Assembly (NCBI GenBank): GCA_043228905.1
Contig: JBHGNT010000005.1
Location: 2,356,001-2,420,000 of the forward strand
DNA length: 64,000 bases
From: Azolla caroliniana
Taxonomy: Eukaryota > Plantae > Polypodiophyta
Reading direction: 5' to 3'
The notes below the pieces were generated by a model that searched no databases, was not told the origin of the DNA, and saw only the letters and a list, made by a program, of their open reading frames with translations. Position 1 is the first letter of the stretch. Each line of letters opens with the position of its first letter. Below, piece after piece: positions 1-11,267 of the stretch. Both the position numbers and the translations under genes were made by a program.

Positions 1-170
1 TGACGTGACAATTGTTGTCTATGGAAAATTATTAGTATATATATCAGGGAATGGTGTGCTGAGTACTAAATATGAATGTTGCACTAATATGTGTATATAC
101 TAGGTGATATAGCTGATATTGTGCAGAGTATTACATATGGTGATCTTATGTTCTTTGGATACAATTGCAG

Positions 171-1121
171 GATTGCAAAGGATCCAAGGTTTGAACAATT
201 GCCATGCAGTCATAAAGGAACTTATGCTGATGACTGTATAGTTGAACGAGTTACGCAAGTATGGCCATAGATTTCTCATTTTTTTCTGGTTTCATTGGGA
301 CAGTAGCTACCCAGTCAAGTGTTCATTCTTTCACTGTTCTATTTAACAGCATAAATGCTATATTGTTGCGACATGTGACAGAGATCTGAAACGTCGTATA
401 AGAAAGGTATGAAGATTCAAGCTCGAAACAAGTCACTCTTTGCAAAATTTTATTTGGTTTCTTAGCACAATATAATGATTTTGCTATGACAGCCAGTGGA
501 CTAGTTATTCCTCTAAGCAAAACTCTATTTCAACAATGTGACCGATAGTTTATCTTAATCCTTTGTGGTGCTGTAATAATTATATTTGTGGTTTTTGTTA
601 CTGACCATGTTTAGTAATAATGAATTATAGATCTGTGGCTTGTAAAAGTCCTTATTAATTAAAAAAATTTATTCTGATGAAAGCTGTATCTACTTTCAAG
701 TCAGGGATACCACTGATAGTAGCTACACATGCACATAGATTTGTGTTGGAATCTCTGTAAGTTTTTGTTGCTTTACAGATACCAGGTGTTCCTATCATGT
801 ATATTACACAACATCAATATTCGATTGAGAGATTGCCAGAAGCTACAATGGGTGGAGGTATGGGTCTACCGTAGTCTTGCTTTGGTAAACATAATAAAAA
901 TTTGAGTATAAAATATCCTTACTAAATTGCTAGGAATTTATTGAGGATTTAAAAATATCTAGAAAATTGAGTAAATTATTCACCCTGAAGTACTAGGAAT
1001 GTGTTGTGTAAGAATTCTTCGAAGAATTTTTCTTTGAGAAAATATATGTTGAAATTTGATTATAATAGAAAATCTCTTTTGGGTCTTAATTGCTCATGGA
1101 TGCACAGCTCCACGCATTTGA
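171..1121 (+). CDS. FCF1: rRNA-processing PIN-domain protein FCF1/UTP24, last four exons (5' part lies outside the window)
   Basis: Exons 171-258, 350-406, 779-857 and 1108-1121 are bounded by AG/GT and splice to [78 protein letters not shown], the conserved FCF1 C-terminus. Confidence 0.93.
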
Positions 1122-2165
1122 GGAAAGAATAAAAGTTCCAGTACCAGAATTGCATGTGAGTGAATGGAGTTCCAGATTCTTTTGGGCTTGTGCTAGTCAA
1201 TAACAATGGATGGATGGATGGATGGATGAAGAAAACAGATATTGTTAGTAGGTTTTCTGTGTCTGGTTGGATTCAATGCCTTTAGCTAAAGACTCTTCAC
1301 AATCCCGACCCGAAGAAAAAACTGTGGTCGAAAAAAAATTGTCAATTCCGACCAACATTTTGTCTTGAGTCATTGAGAATAAAGTTTTGGAGTTGTATTT
1401 AATTTTATGAAGTTGAAATGGGTATCAAAATATGAAGAGGTTCATTGTCCTGTATTATGTATTTTTCATGAAAGGAGGTTTATGCAAAGTGAGTGAGCAT
1501 GTAAATATTATCATCTTAGCTTTATTCGAGAATGGATTACTTGATTTGGTTGCACCACGATCCAACTCCAAAGGTTGTTTTAGATGACGATTGCTGTTTT
1601 GAGCATGCATCGACTCCATTCAATGGGACATACAAGTATCATCATATCTTACATCTTTCCTTCATATCCATGTTCATTCAATTGATTACAAATTACAATA
1701 TTTTAGACCTGAGTAGATATTGTGAGGAGAATTCCAAAACGCTATTGGGCTTAAATTCTGGTGCAACAAGTTTCCTTTGTGCAATGCCCTTGTGTAGCAT
1801 ACGTCCAAACCTGAGCATTCAATTACTGTGTACTTGATTAATGTAGAGAATCTTATCAATATTTCAATAGGGCTTTACTGGTAAGAGTTTATATGACTTT
1901 CATTAGTTTGATTTCATATTAAATTAATGGCATGATTTTATGTTAAACTAACAAAGATTGATTGAATTCATACTCTGCCTCCTGGATTCCTTTTGAAGTG
2001 GAAGTGACAAAGGCCATATTATTAGAAATTTCCTATGATTCGTTGGATAGGAATTATAAAGCTAGTAGGCAGGGAAGTCTCATCGAGGACAACTTTTTAT
2101 ACAGACAAGCCACCTATCAAACCACTGTTACAATTAAACAATAGTCACTAACAACATACTACACT

Positions 2166-2701
2166 CTAAATCAATGACAGTCGTTTTTGTTCCATCTCAG
2201 TGCTGTCATATCCATACCACCATTGGGGAAATAATGTCTTCCATGCCTTCAATTTGTCTTTTGTAATTTGCGTGTTCCAGTGTTTGAAAGCAAACTAGCC
2301 AAAAGAAACTTTTATTACTGCGAATTTAATATTCACTTCAATCTTCCTGTTTGCTACACAGCAGCACAGGCATCCCCAATATCATCTCACCATGAGTTTT
2401 CTTCCTCACTCTTCATACCTCCAATTCATTGATATTCATCTAAATAAATGACAGTAGTGATTGTTCCACCTCAGTGTTCAAATATATCCATACTCTGCCA
2501 CCATTGTATAAATAGTGTCTTTCCATTCCTCCAATTCGTGTTCCAGTGTTTGAAAGCAAGCTACCCAAAAGAAACTTTTATTGCTGCAATTTTGATATTC
2601 ATTTTAATCTTCCTCTATGCTACAAAGTGGCACAGGGATTCCCAATATCATCTAACCATGAGTTTCTTCCCCAAACTCTTCATACCTTCAATTTATTGAT
2701 A
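2166..2701. repeat. Diverged tandem duplication, ~270-bp unit x2
   Basis: ctaaatcaatgacagtcg...ttcattgata (about 2166-2433) is repeated as ctaaataaatgacagtag...tttattgata (about 2440-2701). Both share the blocks cgtgttccagtgtttgaaagcaa and cccaatatcatct. Confidence 0.85.
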
Positions 2702-3186
2702 GTCAGTGGAGAAAATTCCAAATTCAACTCATCCTCGTAGAATTTATTGGATGTTATTAATGCAAACCTGTATAGTTCCAGTTTCTTAATGAAGCCACCA
2801 CTGGCAAAAATGAGCTTGACTCTTTCAGCTTGTTTCTAGAAATCTGAATCCCGATATCAAGAAAACACCGCAAAGTACTCCAATACATATCTCAGTGGGT
2901 CGTTCCAATCAACCCTATAAGCTAGGGGTTTGATATACACTTTAAAACACATCCAAAACTGCTAGATAGTTCGGAGTGGGGGGCTGCCCTTTTGGCCAAC
3001 ATTCCAGGAATATCAACAATATTCATATAATTCAATTGATTATTAGTTAAATATGCTGAAATGGGACTTCCATGCTCAAGGATCAAGAATAAAATTTACA
3101 AGTAAATTGGGAAATTCAGGATCAACAATGCTCAAGTTAATACCAGTAATTTGGACATTCAGGATCAACATAATTTCAGTTTATAT

Positions 3187-6100
3187 CTAGTAAATTGGAA
3201 ATTCGGGATCGACATCTTGTGTCCATGACTCTAAACCTCCTGTAATATCAAAAGAATCCATATAACCGTTCTCTCTTAAGAGCTCCACAGCTAATTGTGA
3301 GTCATTTCCTCTTCTACAAACTACAGTAATTGGTGTCTTTTGTGAAGGTATAATTTCATGCAACTTATCTTTCAGAATAGATAATGGCACATTAACTGAA
3401 TGAGGAAGAGCACTAATCAAATATTGATGTGGTTCTCTGACATCAAGCAGTAGATGAGGTTGGCTTTTCTCCAAGTAAGAAGAATACTCTTTAGCACTGA
3501 TCCTGTGCATACTAGGAAGTATGGCCAGAGCATTTGGAGCCTGTAAACAAAACGATAGAATTGAATCATTGAAAGGAAAAATGGCCAGTGGAAAGTTTTT
3601 GATTTGCTATCCAAATGCTGTTGCTCAACTCCCAAAACTGAGGGATATAGGGCATTTGGAAAAATAAGGAAAACCAATGGTATTATGGTGTTATTGTCAA
3701 ACAGCTATACAACTATTCCAACCTTGTCGCAAGAAAGTGAGCCTGTGAATTCTTCATAATTGATGCCACAGATATCTTCTTTTTTTATGTGAGAAGCATC
3801 TCCACAAACACTGCAATCTGGATTCCTCGCTCTTAGTTTCACCTGAAACATTCATTCTAATACCTTGAAGTAGCTTTCATAATCCTTCTGCAAATTTCAA
3901 TTTTATTATATGGTTCTTTGGCTACATACATCTGCAAAGTTATGGTAACCTAGCAGTGAAAATAGTCCTCAGTTCACACTATATAGCATAATAGGCTTCT
4001 ATTACTTCTTTAGATGTATGCAATCATGAGGTTATCTTGAGAAGAGGCACAAATGGATAATGCACTGTAGATATGTGTTAGCATTGATCAACCACTAAAC
4101 CACAAGCAATCGTGGTAGACAGTAAAGTTGAACAAACATTGACCGTAGAAGAATGACCAAAGTTGACCTAGAATGAAATCCACCAACAGATTCATCATAG
4201 TTCTTGGTAAGGCTAATATGGCCTGAATATACAAGGTAAAAAAAATCGAAGTTCTACAATGAGCAGAAATTCATAGCTCATTTAAGATGGTGTTTGGTAG
4301 AGAAATTAGAGATATATTCAGACAACATAGTTAAAACAGTTGAGGTCATTCCCCACTTAGCACTTTATTTGCGATCCACTGTGGATCACAAATAAAAATT
4401 TAAGTGGGGAATGACTTCTTGTATGTGGTTCATCTACATACAAGAAGTTATATTAAGAGGTCCATACCACTCGAATGTTTGTTGAATAGGCATCTAGAAT
4501 AAGCATCCTTTTAATCAAAGGCTCGCCAATACCACTTGCGATTTTGATAGCCTCCAATGCTTGAAGACATCCAACAATACCAGGAACTGGCATTACAATA
4601 ACATCATTAGGAATGGAAACATCACTCAGAGATCCTTTGATGTAGGAAAACAAGAGTTGATCACACACGTACCGACCCCTAAAACTCCACTATCAGAACA
4701 TCGTTGGCATGCTCCTTGTGGTGGAGGAACAGGGAAAAGACAACGATAGCATGGACCTCCACCGTAGTTATAGATTGTCAACTGTATAAACATACCAAAG
4801 TTGCAAAATAGATCACTGCTAGCAAACTTCTTTTATCCATTGAACCTCTTATTCTCAAAGAGCCTCTTTTTCTTTTATGGCATTACCGCAAATAAAAGTA
4901 TCCATCTAGTTGATCCTGCTGGTAAGATTATTACTTTTAGTCCAAACAAAGATACAGTTATGGAATCTGGTATTTGTTTTCTTCCGGTTACTTCGTTCTT
5001 TATTTCTGAAAAGCAGAAGTATTTAGGGCGATGGTTTTACCAAGTCATGGAAGCTATTGTTTCTTCAATGGGGAAAAGGCAGAAAACTTGATAAACCAAG
5101 ATAATTCTTTCTAGGAAGCCAATCAAATAGTTTCTCCTAGAACAGAGGATTGTGTAGGTTGTAAGATGTGCGAGTCTGCTTGTCTGACAGATTTTCTGAG
5201 TATATGCATCTATCTGGGCACTGGAACTACCTGTATGGGTCTGGCTTACTAGTTAAATGAAAGATAGGGTAAAATAAGGAAATAATGTTGATCAAATTTA
5301 GTCCTCATTCTTTTTTGGCTCATACTCGAAGTTTTGTGATAGGCAAGGCTGAGTATGGGTCGAAATGTGCAGTTCACACAGTCAATCTCTACAAGATCTT
5401 TCTCTTTCAAGATTAGTAAATCCCTACTCCTTCCCTTAAATGATTAGTAAACTACCTCAGCTAACAATAACAATTCTTTTTCCAATCTTTGATGGTTTAC
5501 TTCTTGTGATGCTACCTCATAACAGAAATAGAGTCATCTGATGGTACAGCCTAGGCATCCGTACAGCAGAATTCTTATTGGTGATTCATAAATTTCATTA
5601 CACAGCATCTAACATCCTCATATTCTTCAGATAGTAAATATCCAGACATGTATTAAACATCCTCATGTTTTCCGTATGAATAACCTAGGGTGTGCCTATT
5701 AGTACTAAATGCTTGGGGATCAAAACTTGTCCCATGTATATTGAAATATTATTATAGATTCAGAGGAAAATGAAATAGAGTACAATAAAATGATCCTTAG
5801 ATTACTTAATTTAGCCATAAGGAGAGAAAATCCTAGCTATTATAAGGTTCAGATGTTTTTTTGCATTTTCACAGTTTATATTTAGTTAAAAACCAGAACC
5901 GTTGGATACCTGACCATCCATTCCCAGGGCTGCACCAGATACCAATGGCTGTAAAATTGGACAATCTATTAGAACTAAATCTGTTTGCAAAGTTTTCAAT
6001 ATTATTGTTCCTTCAGAGGCTAGCTTTCATCTCATACCTTACCTAAAGCAACACATGTGTCACTTATAAGATACCGGGTAGGCACATTGTCAGTGGCATC

Positions 6101-8472
6101 AACAATTACATCATATCTTTAGTGTTTAGAAAACCAACTCAGTCTTACATTCCCCAAGTCTTTAGATCCCTTGTTTACAGAATTCAAATATGATAGTGAG
6201 GATACAGCTTGAATATGTCAACTGAATTAGATGAATCCAACAAAGCATCATGTTCCACAACTTTCAGTTTTGAATTGATTCTGCATTGTAAATTTCTTCC
6301 TTTATAAATTATATAATACTTCAGATGTATAAACATAGAACCTGTTAGTTTTCTCTTACGCATGACAAGCTCTTGCTGCAGATTGAACCTTTGAATTACC
6401 AACCGAAGACTCTGAATGGATAACCTGTATAAAATTAACATGTAAGTTGAATTGGGGCTTAAACCCATCACCATAACACAGCTTAAATCCACAGAATTCA
6501 GAGCATTCTTTAAAGAATACATATCTGAGATTACTCTTCATTCATTATAGACAACATCTATTTGTGAGTTTGATTCACAACAAGAAATGTGCAATTGAGA
6601 CTAGAAAATCTATAGGTCTATTCCAATAGTAATTTAGAAGGCATAGCAGATCTAATATGTGCATTTAACCGGCAGATTTGAACATTGCGAACATAGTATA
6701 TCATGTATCCATTGTTCACAATTTCACAGTTCACCTCTTGATTTATAACTTAGTAATCAGTCATAAAGTTATGAAACATTGTTAACTGTGAATATATATA
6801 TAAACAACACATTTATCAAGTAAAGTTTTGATGAAATTGTTGAGAATCTGAAGCTGAGAACATACTTGGCGATGCAAATTGTTTAGCTCCACTTTATCAT
6901 GATCAATGATACCCAGACATCCTACATATACAGATATTCAAAACTTTATAAGATGAGCACATACATGCAGATATTTTGAGGGGAAACATCAGTTTTTAAA
7001 CTTCAAATGTTGCGGCAAAATACTTTATTATTTGTTCTGTTATGTTGAGATATCGATTGTAAATACTCTTAAAAAATGCTGTCTAATATGCCATTTGTCC
7101 TTTAGAAGGCATGAATACATCTTACTTTCTTTCTATGCACAGCGATTCGAAGATTGCGTCATTTATGGAGTTTGAATGGATATCAAATACAGTACAAAAA
7201 CAAAACATATTCTTTTACCAATGCCAGCAGCTGCCAAATATAGCGCTACCGGAGAACCAAGACCACCAGCACCAACTACCAAAATAGATGACTTAAGAAG
7301 GTTCTGCTGCCCTGCACAAATGAAAATTCAAGCAATACCATGAGCATTACATTTGATATAATTCATCTTTACATGTTTGAATCTGTAACCACAAATGTAC
7401 AGCTTTGTTACAGTGTAAATTTCTTAAGTTTTTATATGCTTTTAAATCAAGATAAAGCAATTCTCTACATCATAGAAATCTGTAAACATATCTTTTATTA
7501 CAATAAATCCATAAATGTATACCTTTGTTATAACAAATATGCAGGTTTTCCCATGTTTTGTAGTTCCTTGACTTATTAATTTTGAATGGGAACTCTATAT
7601 GGCATGGGGCAAAATTCCCATGTTTTGCATTTCTTATTGATTTAGAAGTGAATATTTGTTTCTTCACAATGCTGGACAATTTTTCACATGCTTCCTTCAC
7701 TGCTTTTACTCCTTGACTTATGAAAGCTAGAAATTGAGAATTTGGATATGTAATGATGTAGATTTTCGGCATGTTTCTTTAAAACTCTAGACTCCAAAAA
7801 GGAATTGATAATTTGGATGCTTTTTCACTTCTTTTACTCCTTCTCAACTTATTAAAGCTAGAAATTGAAATTTGCATGTGTAGACTCTAGACTTCAAAAA
7901 GATTTCAAATTTTGCGTTTATTCACCTTTTTTCCACTTCTTATGGACTTGTATCGAAGCTTAAAAATATAATTTTGAACTACATATATGAAACGAAGCAT
8001 GATTTTCATTTGCTTCATTTCCATCAGACTTTGCAAGCTAAAAAGAATAGAACTGGGTCTACCTAAAGAAGCAACCTGAAAATTGGAACTTTGCATGTGC
8101 AATGAAGCCAAACCTTTTTCACTTTCTCTTACATATGTCAATTCATTATGAGCATAGAAAGATAATAAACTGGCATGTAACTAAACATATTTTCTCGTGT
8201 TTTTTACTTACGTACAAAGATAAAAAGACAGAACTGTTTTGTGTAATCAAAGTACCTGTGACACCAAACTGAGGCACGAGAAGCTGCCGGCTGTACCGAC
8301 GAATGGAGTGAGCATCTAACACAGAAGAAGAAGAAGATGATGATGATGATGTTAAATAAGTTGAAGATGAAAGAGAAGAAGATGATCGAAGGTATTGGAC
8401 TTCTGCGTGAAGCTCAGCATTCTGCAGGCGCAACCTCTGCAATTCCTGCACGATTTCTCGGTTCACCTCCAT
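3187..8472 (-). CDS. MOCS3: Adenylyltransferase/sulfurtransferase MOCS3 (CNX5/UBA4), ThiF plus rhodanese domains
   Basis: 11 exons: 8256-8472, 7219-7311, 6866-6921, 6360-6424, 6206-6280, 6038-6116, 5910-5948, 4672-4781, 4468-4586, 3723-3842, 3187-3540 (some ends +/- 2 nt). Motifs: [44 protein letters not shown], rhodanese CRRGNDS and C-terminal DPEFPIY. Confidence 0.95.
5118..5252 (+). pseudogene. psaC: Plastid psaC 3' fragment (nuclear plastid insertion, NUPT) in a MOCS3 intron
   Basis: Translates to [44 protein letters not shown], matching the PsaC C-terminus ([36 protein letters not shown]). Confidence 0.92.
5440..5590 (+). pseudogene. ndhD: Plastid ndhD 5' fragment (NUPT), following psaC in plastome order
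   Basis: [48 protein letters not shown] resembles the NdhD N-terminus (PWLT..LFPI.AG....LP..GN..IRWY.LGIC..EFLL). It lies ~190 bp downstream of psaC on the same strand, as in land-plant plastomes. Confidence 0.85.
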
Positions 8473-10304
8473 ATAGCTGAAAGCCTTAGTTAGCACAAGA
8501 CCAGTGCGTACATAGAAACAAGACACACACACACACACATGTACATAATGTGCTCTCGCTCTTTGAGGGGGCAAGGATCTGGGCATGACGTGCCAAGTCC
8601 GCCCGCCTGTACACACATGGAAGCGTTTGCGTGAGCAAGGGCACAGACACACATGCGCACACACACACTCAAACACTCACATTGCATCTCAACCCATGCT
8701 ATCTATCTTATCCCACACTTTACATCTCTCGCTCGACCCCTAACACATTGTGTCCAGATAATTGGTCCACCTCCAGTGTCTTTCCAACCTCATCAAGGCA
8801 GCTCAGAGGCTGGACAGACACAAGGCTCAAACCTTTGGGCGCTTGCTTAAGGAAACTCTACATCCTAAGTCAATCGGCCAAAGGTTGCCAAGGGTTGCTT
8901 AGAAACCATCGAGGTCTCATGGCTCAATGAGTTGTAGAAGAAAACAAAGTTTTTTCCAACAACAATGCAATAGGAATCGGTGGGGATTGCCTAGTGACCA
9001 ATACAATTAAGGTAGCTTTGAAATTCGAAGAGAGGTGTTTGTTTATCATGTACTTCAAACTTCATCTCTTTTTGTCCACGTGTGAGGAGAGATGATGATC
9101 TACAATGTACTTCAAATGTGCTCTCTTTGTGTCAACATGAGAAGCTCAAGTACAAGTGGAAGGAAGATGTTGGTTAACAATGTACTTCAAATGTGATTTC
9201 TTCTTGTCAACATGAGAAGCTCAACGACAAGTGATTTGAAAGAGACACAACTCATCAATAACATGACGCATTTGAGTTTTTTGGGCCTATTGTTTGATTC
9301 TAACGTGAAAACCTATCAAAAGTTATGTTTTTTACCATTGGGTTCAAACTTTCTACTATGGGCTCTAGAAAGCTCTTGCATTTTCTACCCATTCCTAGCA
9401 ATTGTAGTCCTAGATTTCCATGTGAACATCCCAATGAACAGGCAGCTCTCTGAAAGCAACATTTGATGTTCTCATTAAAGCAACAAGTGCATAATAAAAG
9501 AAAGAGAAAGAAAATTGTTTACAATCTTGAGGGGCATAACCTCCTTAAATCTTGCCAATGCTGTTACAAATCACAAGTGTAATACACCCCTCTCTAATTC
9601 TTGTCGTCTAGCTAGGCATGTATCTAGACTCGTCTTGTTTAGCAACACACACCTACAACATTGTTTATTGCCAATTTAAGTACTGAGGGTTCAAAACTTG
9701 TCCCTGCATCCCATATTTCCAACTAACAGAGTGGTTGGTCACTCTATCCATTGGGAATAATCACTACATACCATTTACGTCAAGCTAGAAAGAGCACTTG
9801 AGCCTAATTTCTCAACATAGATCCATACTTTCCAGCATATTATTAGGCAAAGAACCACAAAATGTTCTTTTTGGTCTCCACTATGTCCATATTCCAAAAG
9901 AACTTAGCTCAGTTAGTACTGTCTGCCGCCGAATGTAACCCAAAAGGTCAAGGTCATGGGTTCCACATTGGCATCCAGTAAATCAGTGCAATTCCTGAGA
10001 TTTAAACCCATGTGCTTAAGGTTACTTACTAAACCTACAAAGAACATTGGTATTGAAACAGTGATTAGGATAGAGCAATGTAGAATCTAGGTTGATACAT
10101 AGACATATTATACCATCCTTGGGTGACCCACGGACGAAAGAACACAATAGAGAGAGATAGAGAGAGAGAAGTAACATCCATAGGACCAAAAACAATTGGC
10201 CAAGGTTAGTATCTCTCCCCCTCATAATAAGAGAGATTACAATGCCCATGGGGGGAAAACATGCAACATGAACCCTGATTTCTCAACGAAATGCATAACA
10301 TAAT

Positions 10305-11267
10305 CTAAGGATCTTGTGTGTGGGGAATGGGAGTGCGAGCATCGATCCAAGCCTTGATGTCCGAGAGGACGAGGGCGATATTCTCATCATTCTCAGCTTG
10401 AATGAGGGAATGGTAGAGATCATCATAGATCTTTACGGTTTTGTCCGAGCTGCGTGCTCGATCGCACAAGATTTGACCACCTTCATGGGCCGCGATGTTA
10501 TCGCCAGTGCCATGAACCACCAAGAACGGGACCTCGACCTCGCCGCATCTCTTCTCGAAAATGCCACACATCTTCCGGAGCTGCCTCATTGTGCCCACTC
10601 TCGCAGGCATTTTATACCTCCTCGGATTCGCCAGCACAATCTTTGCTTTCTCTGGATCTTTGAAGGCGTTCCCTCTGACGTTGTTCTGTGGCATAACTGC
10701 CCATGTCTCAGCAAACCCTAGGAGCAGCGAGTACCCGAAGAGTCTCCACGGAGAGGGCGTCATTTCCTTGGGCATGACAAATAGAGGAGCGCAGAAGATC
10801 GCACCATCCCAACCTTTTGGATCCTGCAGGGTCATCAGGAAAGTGAGACCCCCGCCCATGGATTCCCCCAACAGGAATTTCTTGAGATGATGGTGCGACG
10901 GCATGTCTCGGACTGATTGGTAGAAAAGGAGAGATGCGGCTGCAGTCGACTCCACATCGGCGATGTATCCCCGGATGCCATCAGATTGGCCATGGCCGAT
11001 CACATCAGCCGCGTACACTGAGAATCCCCATTGAGCGAACGGGATACAAACCTTCTGGAACATCCAGCTGCTGTCGCTCCCATAGCCGTGGGTGCAGAAG
11101 ACGAGACCTCGAGTGGCAGAGGAGGAAGAAGCTGAAGAAGGGATCCACGACTGTGTGAAGAGGCGGCCGTAAGGGGTTGGGAAGAATGATTTGGTGTTTC
11201 TCACGCCTTGTGAAGCATAGTATTCTTCTTCGGGGCTCTCTCCCCAGAAGAAGGTACTGGACGCCAT
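10305..11267 (-). CDS. CSE: Caffeoyl shikimate esterase (CSE/LysoPL2), alpha/beta hydrolase, intronless
   Basis: From the ATG at 11267: FWGESPEEEYYASQGVRNTKSFF, HGYGSDSSWMFQK, GESMGG nucleophile elbow, HGTGD and YHSLIQ. These match recalled Arabidopsis CSE motifs along the whole length. Confidence 0.9.
   Translation of the reverse strand: MASSTFFWGESPEEEYYASQGVRNTKSFFPTPYGRLFTQSWIPSSASSSSATRGLVFCTHGYGSDSSWMFQKVCIPFAQWGFSVYAADVIGHGQSDGIRGYIADVESTAAASLLFYQSVRDMPSHHHLKKFLLGESMGGGLTFLMTLQDPKGWDGAIFCAPLFVMPKEMTPSPWRLFGYSLLLGFAETWAVMPQNNVRGNAFKDPEKAKIVLANPRRYKMPARVGTMRQLRKMCGIFEKRCGEVEVPFLVVHGTGDNIAAHEGGQILCDRARSSDKTVKIYDDLYHSLIQAENDENIALVLSDIKAWIDARTPIPHTQDP

Noticed and set aside
5902-5909. Second U12 donor in MOCS3 (GTATCCAA, the NUPT-containing intron)
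   Set aside because: It departs from RTATCCTT at +7/+8, and no TCCTTRAY-like branch site is visible near the acceptor.
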